Assembly (NCBI GenBank): GCA_963745075.1
Contig: CAVUWV010000020.1
Location: 64,001-128,000 of the forward strand
Direction: 5' to 3'
Source: Candidatus Hydrogenedentota bacterium
GTDB taxonomy: Bacteria > Hydrogenedentota > Hydrogenedentia > Hydrogenedentales > SLHB01
DNA: 64,000 bases
A program made the translations under genes and the position numbers. Below are positions 10,227 to 19,864 of the stretch, one piece after another; the stretch's first letter is position 1, and every line of letters begins with the position of its first letter. Under the pieces are notes generated by a model. It was given only the letters and a program-made list of their open reading frames with translations, was not told where the DNA came from and did not search any database.

Positions 10227-10783
10227 CTTCGCCGCTTGTTGCGCTCCTCGATTCGTGCCCGTGTCATTCCTTCGCGTAGGCCACCTCGTTCAAGGAACAC
10301 TTTTTCGAGATGCTTGATCTGCCGGTCCAACAACACGCTGGCAACTCGGATCAGCCCGATTATCACATTCACGCAGATTGCCGGATCCGAGTGTTTGATT
10401 CCCTTTCGGAATGTTTCGTAGTTTGCGTTTGGGACTCGGGTGAGCTCCCGCAGCCGTTGCGCATAGGGGTGATCCTTGGGCCACTCCTCGATTCCACGGA
10501 GACGAAGAAAATCGCGATAGTCCTCCAATAGCTCCTCCAGACTCGCTCTCGCCACATTGGTAAGTTTGAGTTCGATTTCCTTTGACGTGGCCGAGGCCAT
10601 GCTGCCTTCGACGATATTCTGTTTCCCGGAGCGCGCGGCCTGGATCATCTGGTCGTGGGTTCGATCGCGCTTATCGATGAAGCGGATGCAGAAGTGGACG
10701 GTGGCGTCGTAAATGATTTCGGCCTTTTGGTACGAGAGGAGTTTCTTGTAGCCACCGTGTTTGGGGATGAAGCGCTCCGCCAT
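10100..10783 (-). CDS. Four-helix bundle (IVS-like) protein with suffix domain
   Basis: GGY..L.SYQKA..IYD, RT.DQM.QAARSGKQNI.EGS, VARASLEELL.DY.DFLR and LL.RQI..LE..F...GG..E.M motifs. ATG 10783 with GAGGGA RBS. Confidence 0.88.
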   Translation of the reverse strand: MAERFIPKHGGYKKLLSYQKAEIIYDATVHFCIRFIDKRDRTHDQMIQAARSGKQNIVEGSMASATSKEIELKLTNVARASLEELLEDYRDFLRLRGIEEWPKDHPYAQRLRELTRVPNANYETFRKGIKHSDPAICVNVIIGLIRVASVLLDRQIKHLEKVFLERGGLREGMTRARIEERNKRRRQGRRDGRDTKNNRGCRYDRSAPRDTPEEKDIEEHGTETDKE

Positions 10784-10828
10784 GGGATAGTTCCCTCGTA
10801 CTGGTTTCGAACAGGATGTCATAATGAC

Positions 10829-10955
10829 CAAGGACAACAGAGACAACAAGGACAGCAGGGACGATACAAACGCCCGAGGCGGGACGATGTAGCACGGTCT
10901 TGTGTTCTGCTGTCGCTGCTGTCCCTGGTGTCTCTGATGTCTCTGCCGTCCTTGG
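10829..10955. repeat. Right inverted pair of 9-nt tandem arrays (AGGGACAAC-type)
   Basis: AAGGACAAC-AGAGACAAC-AAGGACAGC-AGGGACGAT at 10830-10865, and inverted units (GCTGTCGCT-GCTGTCCCT-GGTGTCTCT-GATGTCTCT-GCCGTCCTT) at ~10909-10953. Confidence 0.85.
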
Positions 10956-11033
10956 TCTGGAAGGGACACCGCTGCTATGCTCAGTTACAGTCGGTGGACA
11001 AAGAGACAGAAACTCACTCAACGGGTACCTGAG

Positions 11034-12533
11034 ATGGCAGCTCCGACCACGAGAAAGTCCTATATAGATCGCCGCACCTTCCTGAAGCTGACAGGCGCCT
11101 CGCTTGCCGCGGGTTCAATGATGGCGTACAGAAAGCAAAGTCCTAATCCCCGCCGCCCTAATGTCATCCTCATCATGACGGACAACCAGGGCGCCTGGAC
11201 GTTGGGGTGTTACGGCAATCCGGATATCCACACGCCGAACATCGACCGGCTGGCAACGGAAGGCGCGCGATTCACCCGGGCCTTCTGCAACAACGCGGTG
11301 TGTTCTCCGACGCGAGCAAGTTACCTGACGGGGTTGATGCCGTCGCAGCATGGCGTGCACAAGTACATCAACAACGACGTCATGTTGGGCCCGAAAGCCT
11401 ACAGCACGATCGCGGAGTATGACACCTTGCCGCAAATCCTGAGTGAATCAGGATACACCTGCGGGCTCGTCGGTAAGTGGCACCTGGGCGATCACCTTCA
11501 TCCTCAGGAAGGGTTCAGCTATTGGGTGGTTAAACCGGAAGGGCACACGACGAGCTTTCACAACCAGCACTACATCGAGAACGGCGAGACCCACGAGATC
11601 CCCGGACACCAGACCGCCTATTGGACGAAACGCGCTTGCCAATTCATCGAACAGAGCAAGGACGAGCCGTTCTTCCTGTTTCTCGCGTATAACGGGCCGT
11701 ATGGACTCGGCCAGAGCATGCTCGTCGAACCGAATAATCCCCATGCCTCGGATTACACAGACTGCAAATTCACTTCGTTCCCGCGGGAAGAACCGGACCC
11801 GTGGCTGGTCAACAATCGCAACATGATCAACAACCCGACGTCGATGCGCGCGTACGCCTCCGAACTAAGCTGCGTCGACGACGGTGTGGGTAAGGTGATG
11901 AGCACCTTGGCCCGACTTGGGCTTGATGACAACACGCTGGTCATCTTCACGGCCGACCAGGGGTGGGCCGGGGGTCAGGGCGGATTCTGGGGCATGGGCG
12001 ATCATACACGGCCCTTGACGGGCTACGATCCCATGATGCACATCCCGTTGATTTACCGTCATCCCGGTCACGTCGCCGCCAAAAATGAAGTCCATGAAAT
12101 GGTGAGCAACTACGACTTGCTGCCCAGCGTTCTCGACTATCTTGGTTTGACTGACAAGTTGCCGAGCGAACCGCCGCTGCCGGGACGCGACTATTCCACA
12201 TTTTTGCGCGGGGAAAGCGCGGATTGGGACAACGTCATCTTCTACGAATTCGAGAACCTTCGCTGTATCCGGACCGAGGATTGGAAGTACATCGAGCGGT
12301 TCGGTGACGCGCCCGATGAATTGTTTTATCTCGCGGAAGATCCGGGGGAACAAGACAATCTGATCGATGACCCGGAATATGAAACGACGAAGGATGAATT
12401 GAGTCGGCGTCTTAATGCCTTCTTCGGTCGGTATGCGGTTCCCAAATACGATCTGTGGCATGGTGGAACCGCAAAAGGCGGATTGCTCCTGGGCGAAGCG
12501 CCGTATCAAAATCCGGCTGAACCCACGACTTGA
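11034..12533 (+). CDS. Tat-exported sulfatase
   Basis: RRTFLK Tat motif, RPNVILIMTD, CSPTRAS, GKWHLG and FTADQG. Confidence 0.92.
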   Translation: MAAPTTRKSYIDRRTFLKLTGASLAAGSMMAYRKQSPNPRRPNVILIMTDNQGAWTLGCYGNPDIHTPNIDRLATEGARFTRAFCNNAVCSPTRASYLTGLMPSQHGVHKYINNDVMLGPKAYSTIAEYDTLPQILSESGYTCGLVGKWHLGDHLHPQEGFSYWVVKPEGHTTSFHNQHYIENGETHEIPGHQTAYWTKRACQFIEQSKDEPFFLFLAYNGPYGLGQSMLVEPNNPHASDYTDCKFTSFPREEPDPWLVNNRNMINNPTSMRAYASELSCVDDGVGKVMSTLARLGLDDNTLVIFTADQGWAGGQGGFWGMGDHTRPLTGYDPMMHIPLIYRHPGHVAAKNEVHEMVSNYDLLPSVLDYLGLTDKLPSEPPLPGRDYSTFLRGESADWDNVIFYEFENLRCIRTEDWKYIERFGDAPDELFYLAEDPGEQDNLIDDPEYETTKDELSRRLNAFFGRYAVPKYDLWHGGTAKGGLLLGEAPYQNPAEPTT

Positions 12534-12628
12534 ACGCGGTGCCCATTCCGTTTAGGTTGTTCATGGGCTGAATCTTATGAATTGGCGCAGTCAAGACCAT
12601 TCGCACATGCGAATGAACCATTGAGGAA

Positions 12629-13312
12629 ATGGACATGTTTACACGTACGGTAACGTTATTGGCCGCTTTGACGCTGATTGGTCTTTCATTTCCCGCGCAG
12701 GGTGCGGACGACGGCTGGGTATCGCTGTTCGACGGTAAGACGTTGGACGGCTGGATTCAGAAGAACGGTACCGCCACGTACCGCGTGGAAAACGGCACAA
12801 TCGTCGGCCAAACCACGCCGGGCAGTCCGAATTCCTTTCTCTGCACGGAGAAGGAATACGGCGATTTCGAGCTGGAATTCGACGTGAAACTCATGAACGA
12901 CGAACTGAATTCCGGCGTGCAAATCCGTTCGCAGACGAAACCGCCGGAAGGCGACGAAAAATTCGGCCGCGTCAACGGTCCGCAGGTCGAAATTGAAGCG
13001 ACCTTGGCGGACGGCGCGCAGTCCGGCCTCATTTACGGCGAAGCCTGTGGCGGGTGGATGTCTCCCGACGCCGAATCGAAGCGATTGAAGGCCTTCAAGG
13101 ACGGCGAGTGGAATTCGTACCGCGTCATTGCGAAGGGTCCCCGGATCCAGACCTGGATCAACGGTCAACCCATCGAAGACCTCGTGGATCAGGAGAAGTA
13201 CGAAACCCATCCCAAGGGGTTCATCGGCTTACAGGTTCACGGCGTCGGCGACCGCGGGCCCTATGAAGTGGCGTGGCGTAACATCCGCATCAAGGTTCTC
13301 GATTCCAAATAG
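12629..13312 (+). CDS. DUF1080 (3-keto-disaccharide hydrolase family) secreted protein
   Basis: Signal peptide, W.SLFDGKTLDGW, NSGVQIRS, GEWN.Y and GFIGLQVH...WRNIRIK. Confidence 0.9.
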   Translation: MDMFTRTVTLLAALTLIGLSFPAQGADDGWVSLFDGKTLDGWIQKNGTATYRVENGTIVGQTTPGSPNSFLCTEKEYGDFELEFDVKLMNDELNSGVQIRSQTKPPEGDEKFGRVNGPQVEIEATLADGAQSGLIYGEACGGWMSPDAESKRLKAFKDGEWNSYRVIAKGPRIQTWINGQPIEDLVDQEKYETHPKGFIGLQVHGVGDRGPYEVAWRNIRIKVLDSK

Positions 13313-13373
13313 GCGCGACACGACGGTGGCAATCTATTCCAGGAAACGTGTGTCTTGTCAAGGGGGTACGATA

Positions 13374-14550
13374 ATGAGAATTCTCATGTCTGCATTTTTG
13401 ATTCTTGCGGCGGTTCTGATTGCGCATGGCGCGATCGCGGCGGAAGCCGGGCCGGCATTCCAGATGCACCGCGTCGGGACGTACCGCGGCGAAGTATGCG
13501 GCGTGGCCGATTTCAACAACGACGGGGCCCTGGACATTGTCGCCCTGCCTTATCTGTACCTTGCGCCCAAGTTTGAACCGCTCAAGATCTGCGACGTGGA
13601 AGGCGAGGTCGACGAGGAAGGCAAGGGCTATCGGTGGGATTTTATGAACGCGCCCATCGACGTGGATGGGGACGGCTGGATGGATATCGCCACCTGTTCC
13701 TGGTTCGGCAAGAAAGCGGAATGGCTGCGAAATCCAGGCGAAGCCGGTGGTATGTGGCCACGTACGCTCATCGAGGAGAACGGTAACTACGAATGCGGCG
13801 AAGCCTGGGATCTCGATGGCGACGGCAAGGCCGAAGAGATTCTGCCGTCCGTAAAGCCGACGGTCTGGTACGAAGCGGGCACCTTGCCGGACGGGACGCG
13901 CGGTATGATCAAGCACGTGATTTCCGAGGAGGAAATGGACTTCGGCGTGGGCTGCGGCGACCTCAACGGGGATGGACGTCCCGACGTTATTCGCCCCGCG
14001 GCATGGTTTGAAGCACCGGCCGATCTGCGTGCGGGTGAGTGGAACGAACATCCCATTGCCATCGGCAATCCCGAGGAAGGCAAACCGGGCCACACACCGC
14101 AGATCCTCGTGTACGACGTCAATGACGACGGCCTCGCGGATATGGTCACCAGCGCGGCCCACGACTACGGGATCTACTGGTACGAGCAGGTCCGGCGGGA
14201 TGGCAAGATTGCGTTTACGCGCCACCTCATCGACGATTCCTGGTCTCAGGCTCACAGCCTGGCCCTCGCCGACATCGACGCGGACGGCGACCTGGATCTC
14301 GTCACCGGCAAGCGGTTCATGGCCCACAACGGTAACGATCCCGGTGGGACGGAGCCGATCGGCGTTTATTGGTACGAACTGGACCGCTCGACCGAACCCA
14401 ACCTGGACCAAGCACGTAATTTCCTACAACGAAGGAATTGGGTCGGGCCTGAACCTCGTGGTCATAGACCTTGATAGGGATGAGGATTTGGACATTGTAG
14501 TGACGAGCAAATCGGGTGGGCCGGTGTGGTTCGAGAACACGCTGAGGTAG
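13374..14550 (+). CDS. Secreted FG-GAP/VCBS repeat protein, frameshift at ~14398
   Basis: Signal peptide and many DxNxDG repeats. The last blade (WTKHVIS...DLDRDEDLDIVV...WFEN) continues in the next frame to 14550. Confidence 0.8.
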
Positions 14551-14575
14551 TGACCGGCTGCAAGTGCGTCGCGAG

Positions 14576-14776
14576 TCAGGAATCGCCGTTGGATGAATCA
14601 CGCATCCGATCGCGCGTGTAGGAAATCAGGAGGCCAACGCCGGCAATGACCAACACGACTCCGGAAACCCAATTCATCCGCGCGTCGTGTGCGGACATAG
14701 CTTTGAGGATTGGTGTCAGGATCACCAACAAACCCAGTATCGCGATCACCGCGCCGTTCAGTAGCTTGATTTCCAT
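14576..14776 (-). CDS. Small two-TM membrane protein
   Basis: 66 aa with two hydrophobic helices, directly downstream of the SSS symporter on the same strand. Confidence 0.6.
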   Translation of the reverse strand: MEIKLLNGAVIAILGLLVILTPILKAMSAHDARMNWVSGVVLVIAGVGLLISYTRDRMRDSSNGDS

Positions 14777-14809
14777 TCGGTATGCCCTATCTGTCCATTC
14801 GAATCGCGG

Positions 14810-16387
14810 CTACCAGAAGATTTCCGTCCAGAATACATAGACCGCGAGCGTTACGACGAATAACACGGCGGCCACACGCTTGAGCCTTGGGGTCAAGTAA
14901 TGCTCTACATCCTCGGGTCTTACTCCTCGAACGTCCGCTTCGCCGGGAGTGAACAAACTTACCAAAAGTGCAACGACTCCGGTCAACGCAAAGGTAACGG
15001 TACCCCGGAAGTACAAGTCCTCCTTCGCGATGTCCGCTAACATACCCATCCGAGACATGACAAACAGCACCACAGCCACAGAACCGCCGACAATCAGCCC
15101 GGCCACCGCGCCACGGCTATTTATCTTTCGTACCGTTGCGCCAAGGATCGTCACGGCGCCAAACGGCGGCATGATCACCGCCAATACGCCCACGGCGAAG
15201 AGGAACATCCCTTCTTCCGCGTGCTTAAAGGCAAAGGCCGCGCCCACGGCGAGGCACGTTCCGACCACGCCGGCGACGCGCGATACGCTCACGTAATGAT
15301 GATCGGACTGTCCGGGTTTGACGAACCGACGGTAGATATCGGCGGTGAACATGGTGCAAAACGCATTGATCTGGGAGTCCGCACTTGAAAGAAATCCCGC
15401 AATTAGGCCCACCACTGCTATTCCATACAGACCGGTCGGAAGAAAATGCTTGATGAGTTCCGGCATGGCGTGATCGTTATTGGACAACTCCGGGAAAAGC
15501 ACTTTCGCCGTCAAGCCCGGAACGATGATGACCAACGGCACGAGCACCGCATACCACATGGAAGCGCCGAGATAGCTAATGCTGGCGTTTTCGGGGTCCT
15601 TCGAGGCAAGGGGCCGCTGCACCACTTGGGCCTCGCAGGACCAGTAGCTCATGCCCATGAAAAACATCCCTGCCAGCGCCATGGGGAGCGAACCAAGACT
15701 TGAATGTGCCGCCCAGAAGTGACGATGCGAATCGGGCAGCTTGGCCGCCAACCCGGAAAACCCACCCATCTCCACGAGACAGCAACCGGAGAGAATCACG
15801 AGGGGAAAGAACATGAGCGCCAACTGAAGCACGTCCGTGGCAACGACCGCGCCGAAACCGCCCATGAGCGTATAGGCCGCCGCGACGATGGTAAGCAGGA
15901 AGATGCAGCCGTTGAGGTCCCAACCCAGCAGTGTTTCCAGGACTTTTGAACCCGCGTAGATGTAGAGGCCGAGGTTAAACAGCATCCAAATAAAGGTCCA
16001 GACAACGCTATACGCCACGCCCACACGTGCGTCATACCGGCGTTCAAGCCAGCCGCCGAGTGAATAGACGTTAAGCGCGCGAAGCCGCGGCATCAGAATC
16101 AGGGCCGCGAGCAGCAAGACGATGCTGCCCATGAAGACCCCGTGAGACATGACGATCCCCACGGAATAGACGGCGCCGGTCAAGCCGAGAAAGTCGTTCG
16201 CATTGAGGTTCGTGGCGACGGTGGAGAACGAGGCGATGATGCCGTTCACGTTGCGTCCCGCGAGAAAGGCCGATTCCATCGTATCGGCCTTGTGATGCAT
16301 GCGCCAGCCCCAGTACACGACGGCCACGATGAATACCACCACCATAGCCCATTCGGTGCCGTAGAGGCTGTCTGTGAAGATCGCCAC
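14810..16387 (-). CDS. Sodium:solute symporter (SSS family)
   Basis: FLAGR, TN...FLG..G, Y...GG..AVV.TD.LQ, Q..VQR.LA and SS.DS.IN motifs. GTG 16387 follows an AGGGAGG RBS. Confidence 0.92.
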   Translation of the reverse strand: MAIFTDSLYGTEWAMVVVFIVAVVYWGWRMHHKADTMESAFLAGRNVNGIIASFSTVATNLNANDFLGLTGAVYSVGIVMSHGVFMGSIVLLLAALILMPRLRALNVYSLGGWLERRYDARVGVAYSVVWTFIWMLFNLGLYIYAGSKVLETLLGWDLNGCIFLLTIVAAAYTLMGGFGAVVATDVLQLALMFFPLVILSGCCLVEMGGFSGLAAKLPDSHRHFWAAHSSLGSLPMALAGMFFMGMSYWSCEAQVVQRPLASKDPENASISYLGASMWYAVLVPLVIIVPGLTAKVLFPELSNNDHAMPELIKHFLPTGLYGIAVVGLIAGFLSSADSQINAFCTMFTADIYRRFVKPGQSDHHYVSVSRVAGVVGTCLAVGAAFAFKHAEEGMFLFAVGVLAVIMPPFGAVTILGATVRKINSRGAVAGLIVGGSVAVVLFVMSRMGMLADIAKEDLYFRGTVTFALTGVVALLVSLFTPGEADVRGVRPEDVEHYLTPRLKRVAAVLFVVTLAVYVFWTEIFW

Positions 16388-16539
16388 TCGTTCCTCCCTG
16401 AGTTCGCCTGCGATACCCCCTGTACAAACGAAAGGCCGATACACGGTATCGGAGCGGCGGGGTCACGTCAACCTTGGGCCGTACGGGTTATCGTCGCGAC
16501 TCTAGTTTCTCCCAAAGACGGTCGGCCAAAATCAGTCAA

Positions 16540-16688
16540 AGCGACAGCAGAGACATCAAGGACAGCAGGGACGTGCAAGCTGGCTACGATCAATGACCGA
16601 GGCGAGTCCGAATTTTTGGGAGACACCCCAATGACTTACGACCCCAGACTCCTCTGTCGCTGGTGTCTTTGTTGTCGTTGATGTCCCT
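16540..16688. repeat. Gene-less inverted pair of 9-nt arrays, same unit as those around the four-helix gene
   Basis: AGCGACAGC-AGAGACATC-AAGGACAGC-AGGGAC at 16540-16572, and inverted TGTCGCT-GGTGTCTTT-GTTGTCGTT-GATGTCCCT at ~16655-16688. Confidence 0.8.
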
Positions 16689-16731
16689 CGGTTCCCGCAA
16701 AGCAATCAAACGGACCGGCGAAGTATTCGAT

Positions 16732-19683
16732 TCATTCATTGGCCGTCATGATCTGCACCGGTCCAACCAGGCCGGACGGCAGCAGCGGCGAATCCGGCTT
16801 GTAGGGATTCCAGGTGGTCCATGTCACGCGTTCGTTTTCCGGCAGTGCGCTGTCGCCGATGAGTCGGTTGGGCCACAGGTTCGCGACGTCAATCTCCAGA
16901 CGGTTGTCTTTGGCCTTCACGGCGTGCGTGATATCCACGCGCCATGGCGCGCACCAGACGACGCCCAGATCCTGACCGTTCAGGCGAACCCGCGCCATGC
17001 AGTGCACCTCGCCAAGATCCAACAGGATACTTTTGGAATCTCGATCGAGATCGCTGGGGCAATCAAAGGTCTTTCGGTAGGTAGCAATTCCCGAGTAGTA
17101 CTTGATCCCGGGTTCGGGGCGGGTACTCCAATCGTCCAACGTCTCGAACTGGACTTTCTCCGGACCTCCCAGTGACAAGTCAAATGCAACCTCCCAGGGT
17201 CCTGCAAGTGCGGTGGCGGTTGTCGTGTGCAGACAATTTGCGGTCCCGCCTGTTTTTGCTGCACCGGCGCGAAAGATAATGAACAAGCTCTGGTACGGGT
17301 CAAAGCACAGCGGTATCGTCGTGCGTCCGTCACGTTCGGTGTATTCGGGTAAGTCGTGGATGCTGGTCGTCACGGGATCCCAACATTGTGGCTGAAGGCC
17401 GACCACGCGAAACGTGCAAGACACCTTCACCGGTTCGTTCGTGCGGTTGGCGACAAAATAGACTTCATTGCTCCCCGTACGCCGATGGGTGTAACGGATA
17501 GGGCCGTCGGACTCGAAGTCCGGCAGCACATCCATCGACGCCAAGACCTGCGCAGTCGCATCGTAGCCGGGATAGCGCGGCGGGTAGGTATCGGGGTCTG
17601 CGTCTAGCTTCAGGTCGCCACCCCAAACGACGGCGCCGTGTCCAATCGCTCGCCGCGTGATTTTCTCCGGGGCCTCCGTGCCGCCCCATATTGTTGATGC
17701 TAGCACCTGCACGTTTTGATCGCATTCCGGATAGCCGGACAAACTCGGCGACTTCAAAGGTGGATTGCCGACGATCGTAGCACCGGATTGCACCAGTTCC
17801 TGGATCTTGTGCAGCAACTCCGGCGTCATCGTGTCGACGGTAGGAAGCACGAGAATGCGATAGGCCGCGCCGCCCGGGAAGACGATTCGGCCGTCCTCGA
17901 CGCTCGCCGATAGGAGCAACGTACTTGGCGCGCAGCCGTCAAAATTGTAGCCACGCCGGTCCTTCAGTTCGCCTTCCAGCGCGGAAGAAGGCGGACGAAA
18001 CACCTGCGGCGCGCCTTCCGGAACCAGGTAACAGATGTCCGCGACGGGCGCGCCCTGGCGCAACAAGAACTGACACCGCGCAACGTAGGTATGGTACGCG
18101 GGCACCATGGGCCACCACGTCTCGGTGCGGTCCCAATGGACGCCGTAGGGACCCATGGTCATGCCCGGCCGCCGATCCAGCCACGGTTGATGGGCGTACC
18201 GGTGAAACACGAGACGGTTGATGCCGGTCGCAAAGGCCCAGTCGCCCTGGTTCTTCATGGCGCCGGGATACAGTTTCCAGGCCTCGCTGGAATCGGCTGT
18301 AAACGATTCGGCGGCTATGATGGGCCGGCCACGCGTATGACCAATTGACGTGGCCTCGATACAGGAGAAGGTGGAATCGAACCCTATTGACCAGAACTCA
18401 CACATGGGCACATCGGCCACGCCGCCCAGTTCCATGTCGGACGTCGGGTTCATGTCGTAGGGTTCGATGGACAGCCCGAACCCGTGCCGTCGCCCAAGTT
18501 CTTTAAGATGCTCTGCGTGATTCTCCAGCACGAGTTCTTGCGCCGTGAGCCGCAGGTCCCACAGGAATCGCTCGGAAACCTCCTCGCTCTCCACGATGCG
18601 GCCGGTCATGACCGGCAGATACGGCAAAGGATCGTAGCCGCGACGGCGCTGGAATTCCTTCCTGAAAACGGCCGTCCAGTTTTGCGACCCCATCTCCCAA
18701 CTGTCGATATGCAGCATGGTCCAGCCGCTCTTTCGAGCGGCCGGCCTCTCCCCCACCGTCCGAAGGAGTTTGCCGACAAACGCGTCAAAATGTGCATCGA
18801 GAGCGGCCGGATCGAACTTGTCGCTTTCAAAACCCAACCCCGGTTCCGGCGCGGGTCGCGTGTTCGCGCCTGTATTCCGCCGGCCGAAGCGCAGGATCGT
18901 CCAGTCGCCTTGGGGGACATCCCACGTCAGATGACCGTCAGGTTGCAGACGATCGGTGAGGTCGACAACGTCCTTCGGGGAGATGATCGAACTCGCGGGA
19001 ACATCCGGGTACGAAGCCGGCGCGGGTAAATACGGTTTCACGCCCGGCTTCGAGGTATACGGTTCACGGACATACAACGCCTTCTCGTCAATATCGGCGA
19101 TACGTGCATCGTCCTTCGTCCGTGGAACGGCCAGCACGGCAACATCGGCGTAGAAATCTTCTCGGGCCTGCTTAATCCAATCCGGGATTCCCGCGTCTCC
19201 GAAATAGGGTGGGCGCGGTTCGGGACGAGGCAGCACGCCGTCGAATTTCGACGGACCACTCACGTTGACCGGCGCGGCGACGAGGTGCTGCATGGATTGT
19301 TCGGCTTTCACCCATGGGCCGCCACTGCCGGTCCAACCGGGCCCCGCGTTGAGTGTGATTTGCAGGCCGAGGCGTTCGGCTTCATTCACCGCGTGCTTGA
19401 ACAACGCGCACCATTCATCGCTCATAAACTCGACGGGGCCGCGCGGAATGCCGACGTTGACTTCCATGAGAATCACGCCACCGATTCCCGCATCTTTCAA
19501 GGCCTCGAAGTCCGCCGTGATTCCCTCCCGGCTGAGATTGCCGTCCATGATGAACCAATACACCCACGGGCGGGCCGAATCCGGCGGGTTGGCGAAGCCG
19601 TTTGCGAGGTCGTCAGTATCCGCCCAGGCACAAAGGCACGCCGCCGCCAAAAGAAGTGCGATTACAGGAATGCGTGATTTCAT
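16732..19683 (-). CDS. GH106-like glycoside hydrolase (alpha-L-rhamnosidase family)
   Basis: Signal peptide, F.NPP.SARP..YW..MDGN, GW..SGGPW, IDSWE, PMCEFW, AAESFT and a C-terminal N.W.NRLIGD...SGL.GPV. Confidence 0.88.
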   Translation of the reverse strand: MKSRIPVIALLLAAACLCAWADTDDLANGFANPPDSARPWVYWFIMDGNLSREGITADFEALKDAGIGGVILMEVNVGIPRGPVEFMSDEWCALFKHAVNEAERLGLQITLNAGPGWTGSGGPWVKAEQSMQHLVAAPVNVSGPSKFDGVLPRPEPRPPYFGDAGIPDWIKQAREDFYADVAVLAVPRTKDDARIADIDEKALYVREPYTSKPGVKPYLPAPASYPDVPASSIISPKDVVDLTDRLQPDGHLTWDVPQGDWTILRFGRRNTGANTRPAPEPGLGFESDKFDPAALDAHFDAFVGKLLRTVGERPAARKSGWTMLHIDSWEMGSQNWTAVFRKEFQRRRGYDPLPYLPVMTGRIVESEEVSERFLWDLRLTAQELVLENHAEHLKELGRRHGFGLSIEPYDMNPTSDMELGGVADVPMCEFWSIGFDSTFSCIEATSIGHTRGRPIIAAESFTADSSEAWKLYPGAMKNQGDWAFATGINRLVFHRYAHQPWLDRRPGMTMGPYGVHWDRTETWWPMVPAYHTYVARCQFLLRQGAPVADICYLVPEGAPQVFRPPSSALEGELKDRRGYNFDGCAPSTLLLSASVEDGRIVFPGGAAYRILVLPTVDTMTPELLHKIQELVQSGATIVGNPPLKSPSLSGYPECDQNVQVLASTIWGGTEAPEKITRRAIGHGAVVWGGDLKLDADPDTYPPRYPGYDATAQVLASMDVLPDFESDGPIRYTHRRTGSNEVYFVANRTNEPVKVSCTFRVVGLQPQCWDPVTTSIHDLPEYTERDGRTTIPLCFDPYQSLFIIFRAGAAKTGGTANCLHTTTATALAGPWEVAFDLSLGGPEKVQFETLDDWSTRPEPGIKYYSGIATYRKTFDCPSDLDRDSKSILLDLGEVHCMARVRLNGQDLGVVWCAPWRVDITHAVKAKDNRLEIDVANLWPNRLIGDSALPENERVTWTTWNPYKPDSPLLPSGLVGPVQIMTANE

Positions 19684-19703
19684 TTCCCCCTCCAATCTCT
19701 TTC

Positions 19704-19737
19704 CGTAATCGTAATCGTTATCGTAAGCGTAGTCGAA
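19704..19737. repeat. Degenerate hexamer tandem repeat (CGTAAT)n
   Basis: CGTAAT-CGTAAT-CGTTAT-CGTAAG-CGTAGT-CG in the divergent intergenic region. Confidence 0.6.
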
Positions 19738-19864
19738 CCGGCGGTGCGTGTGAATCCCTGCGCCCCGGTAGCGTATGATGGGGAACCAAGACTTTGGCGC
19801 AACATGAAAACCTGCGGGGCCGGGTCGTTTCATCCGTTCCCCAGTGCATCAAGGAGCGGGTACT

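Noticed and set aside
10045..10955. Repeat arrays as a CRISPR array or DGR
   Set aside because: Units are 9 nt with no unique spacers. There are no cas genes, no reverse transcriptase and no TR/VR pair.
10784..10969. N-terminal extension of the four-helix ORF (QRHQRHQGQQ...SLLSLLSLL)
   Set aside because: It is a translation of the 9-mer DNA repeats. The real start is ATG 10783 with an RBS.
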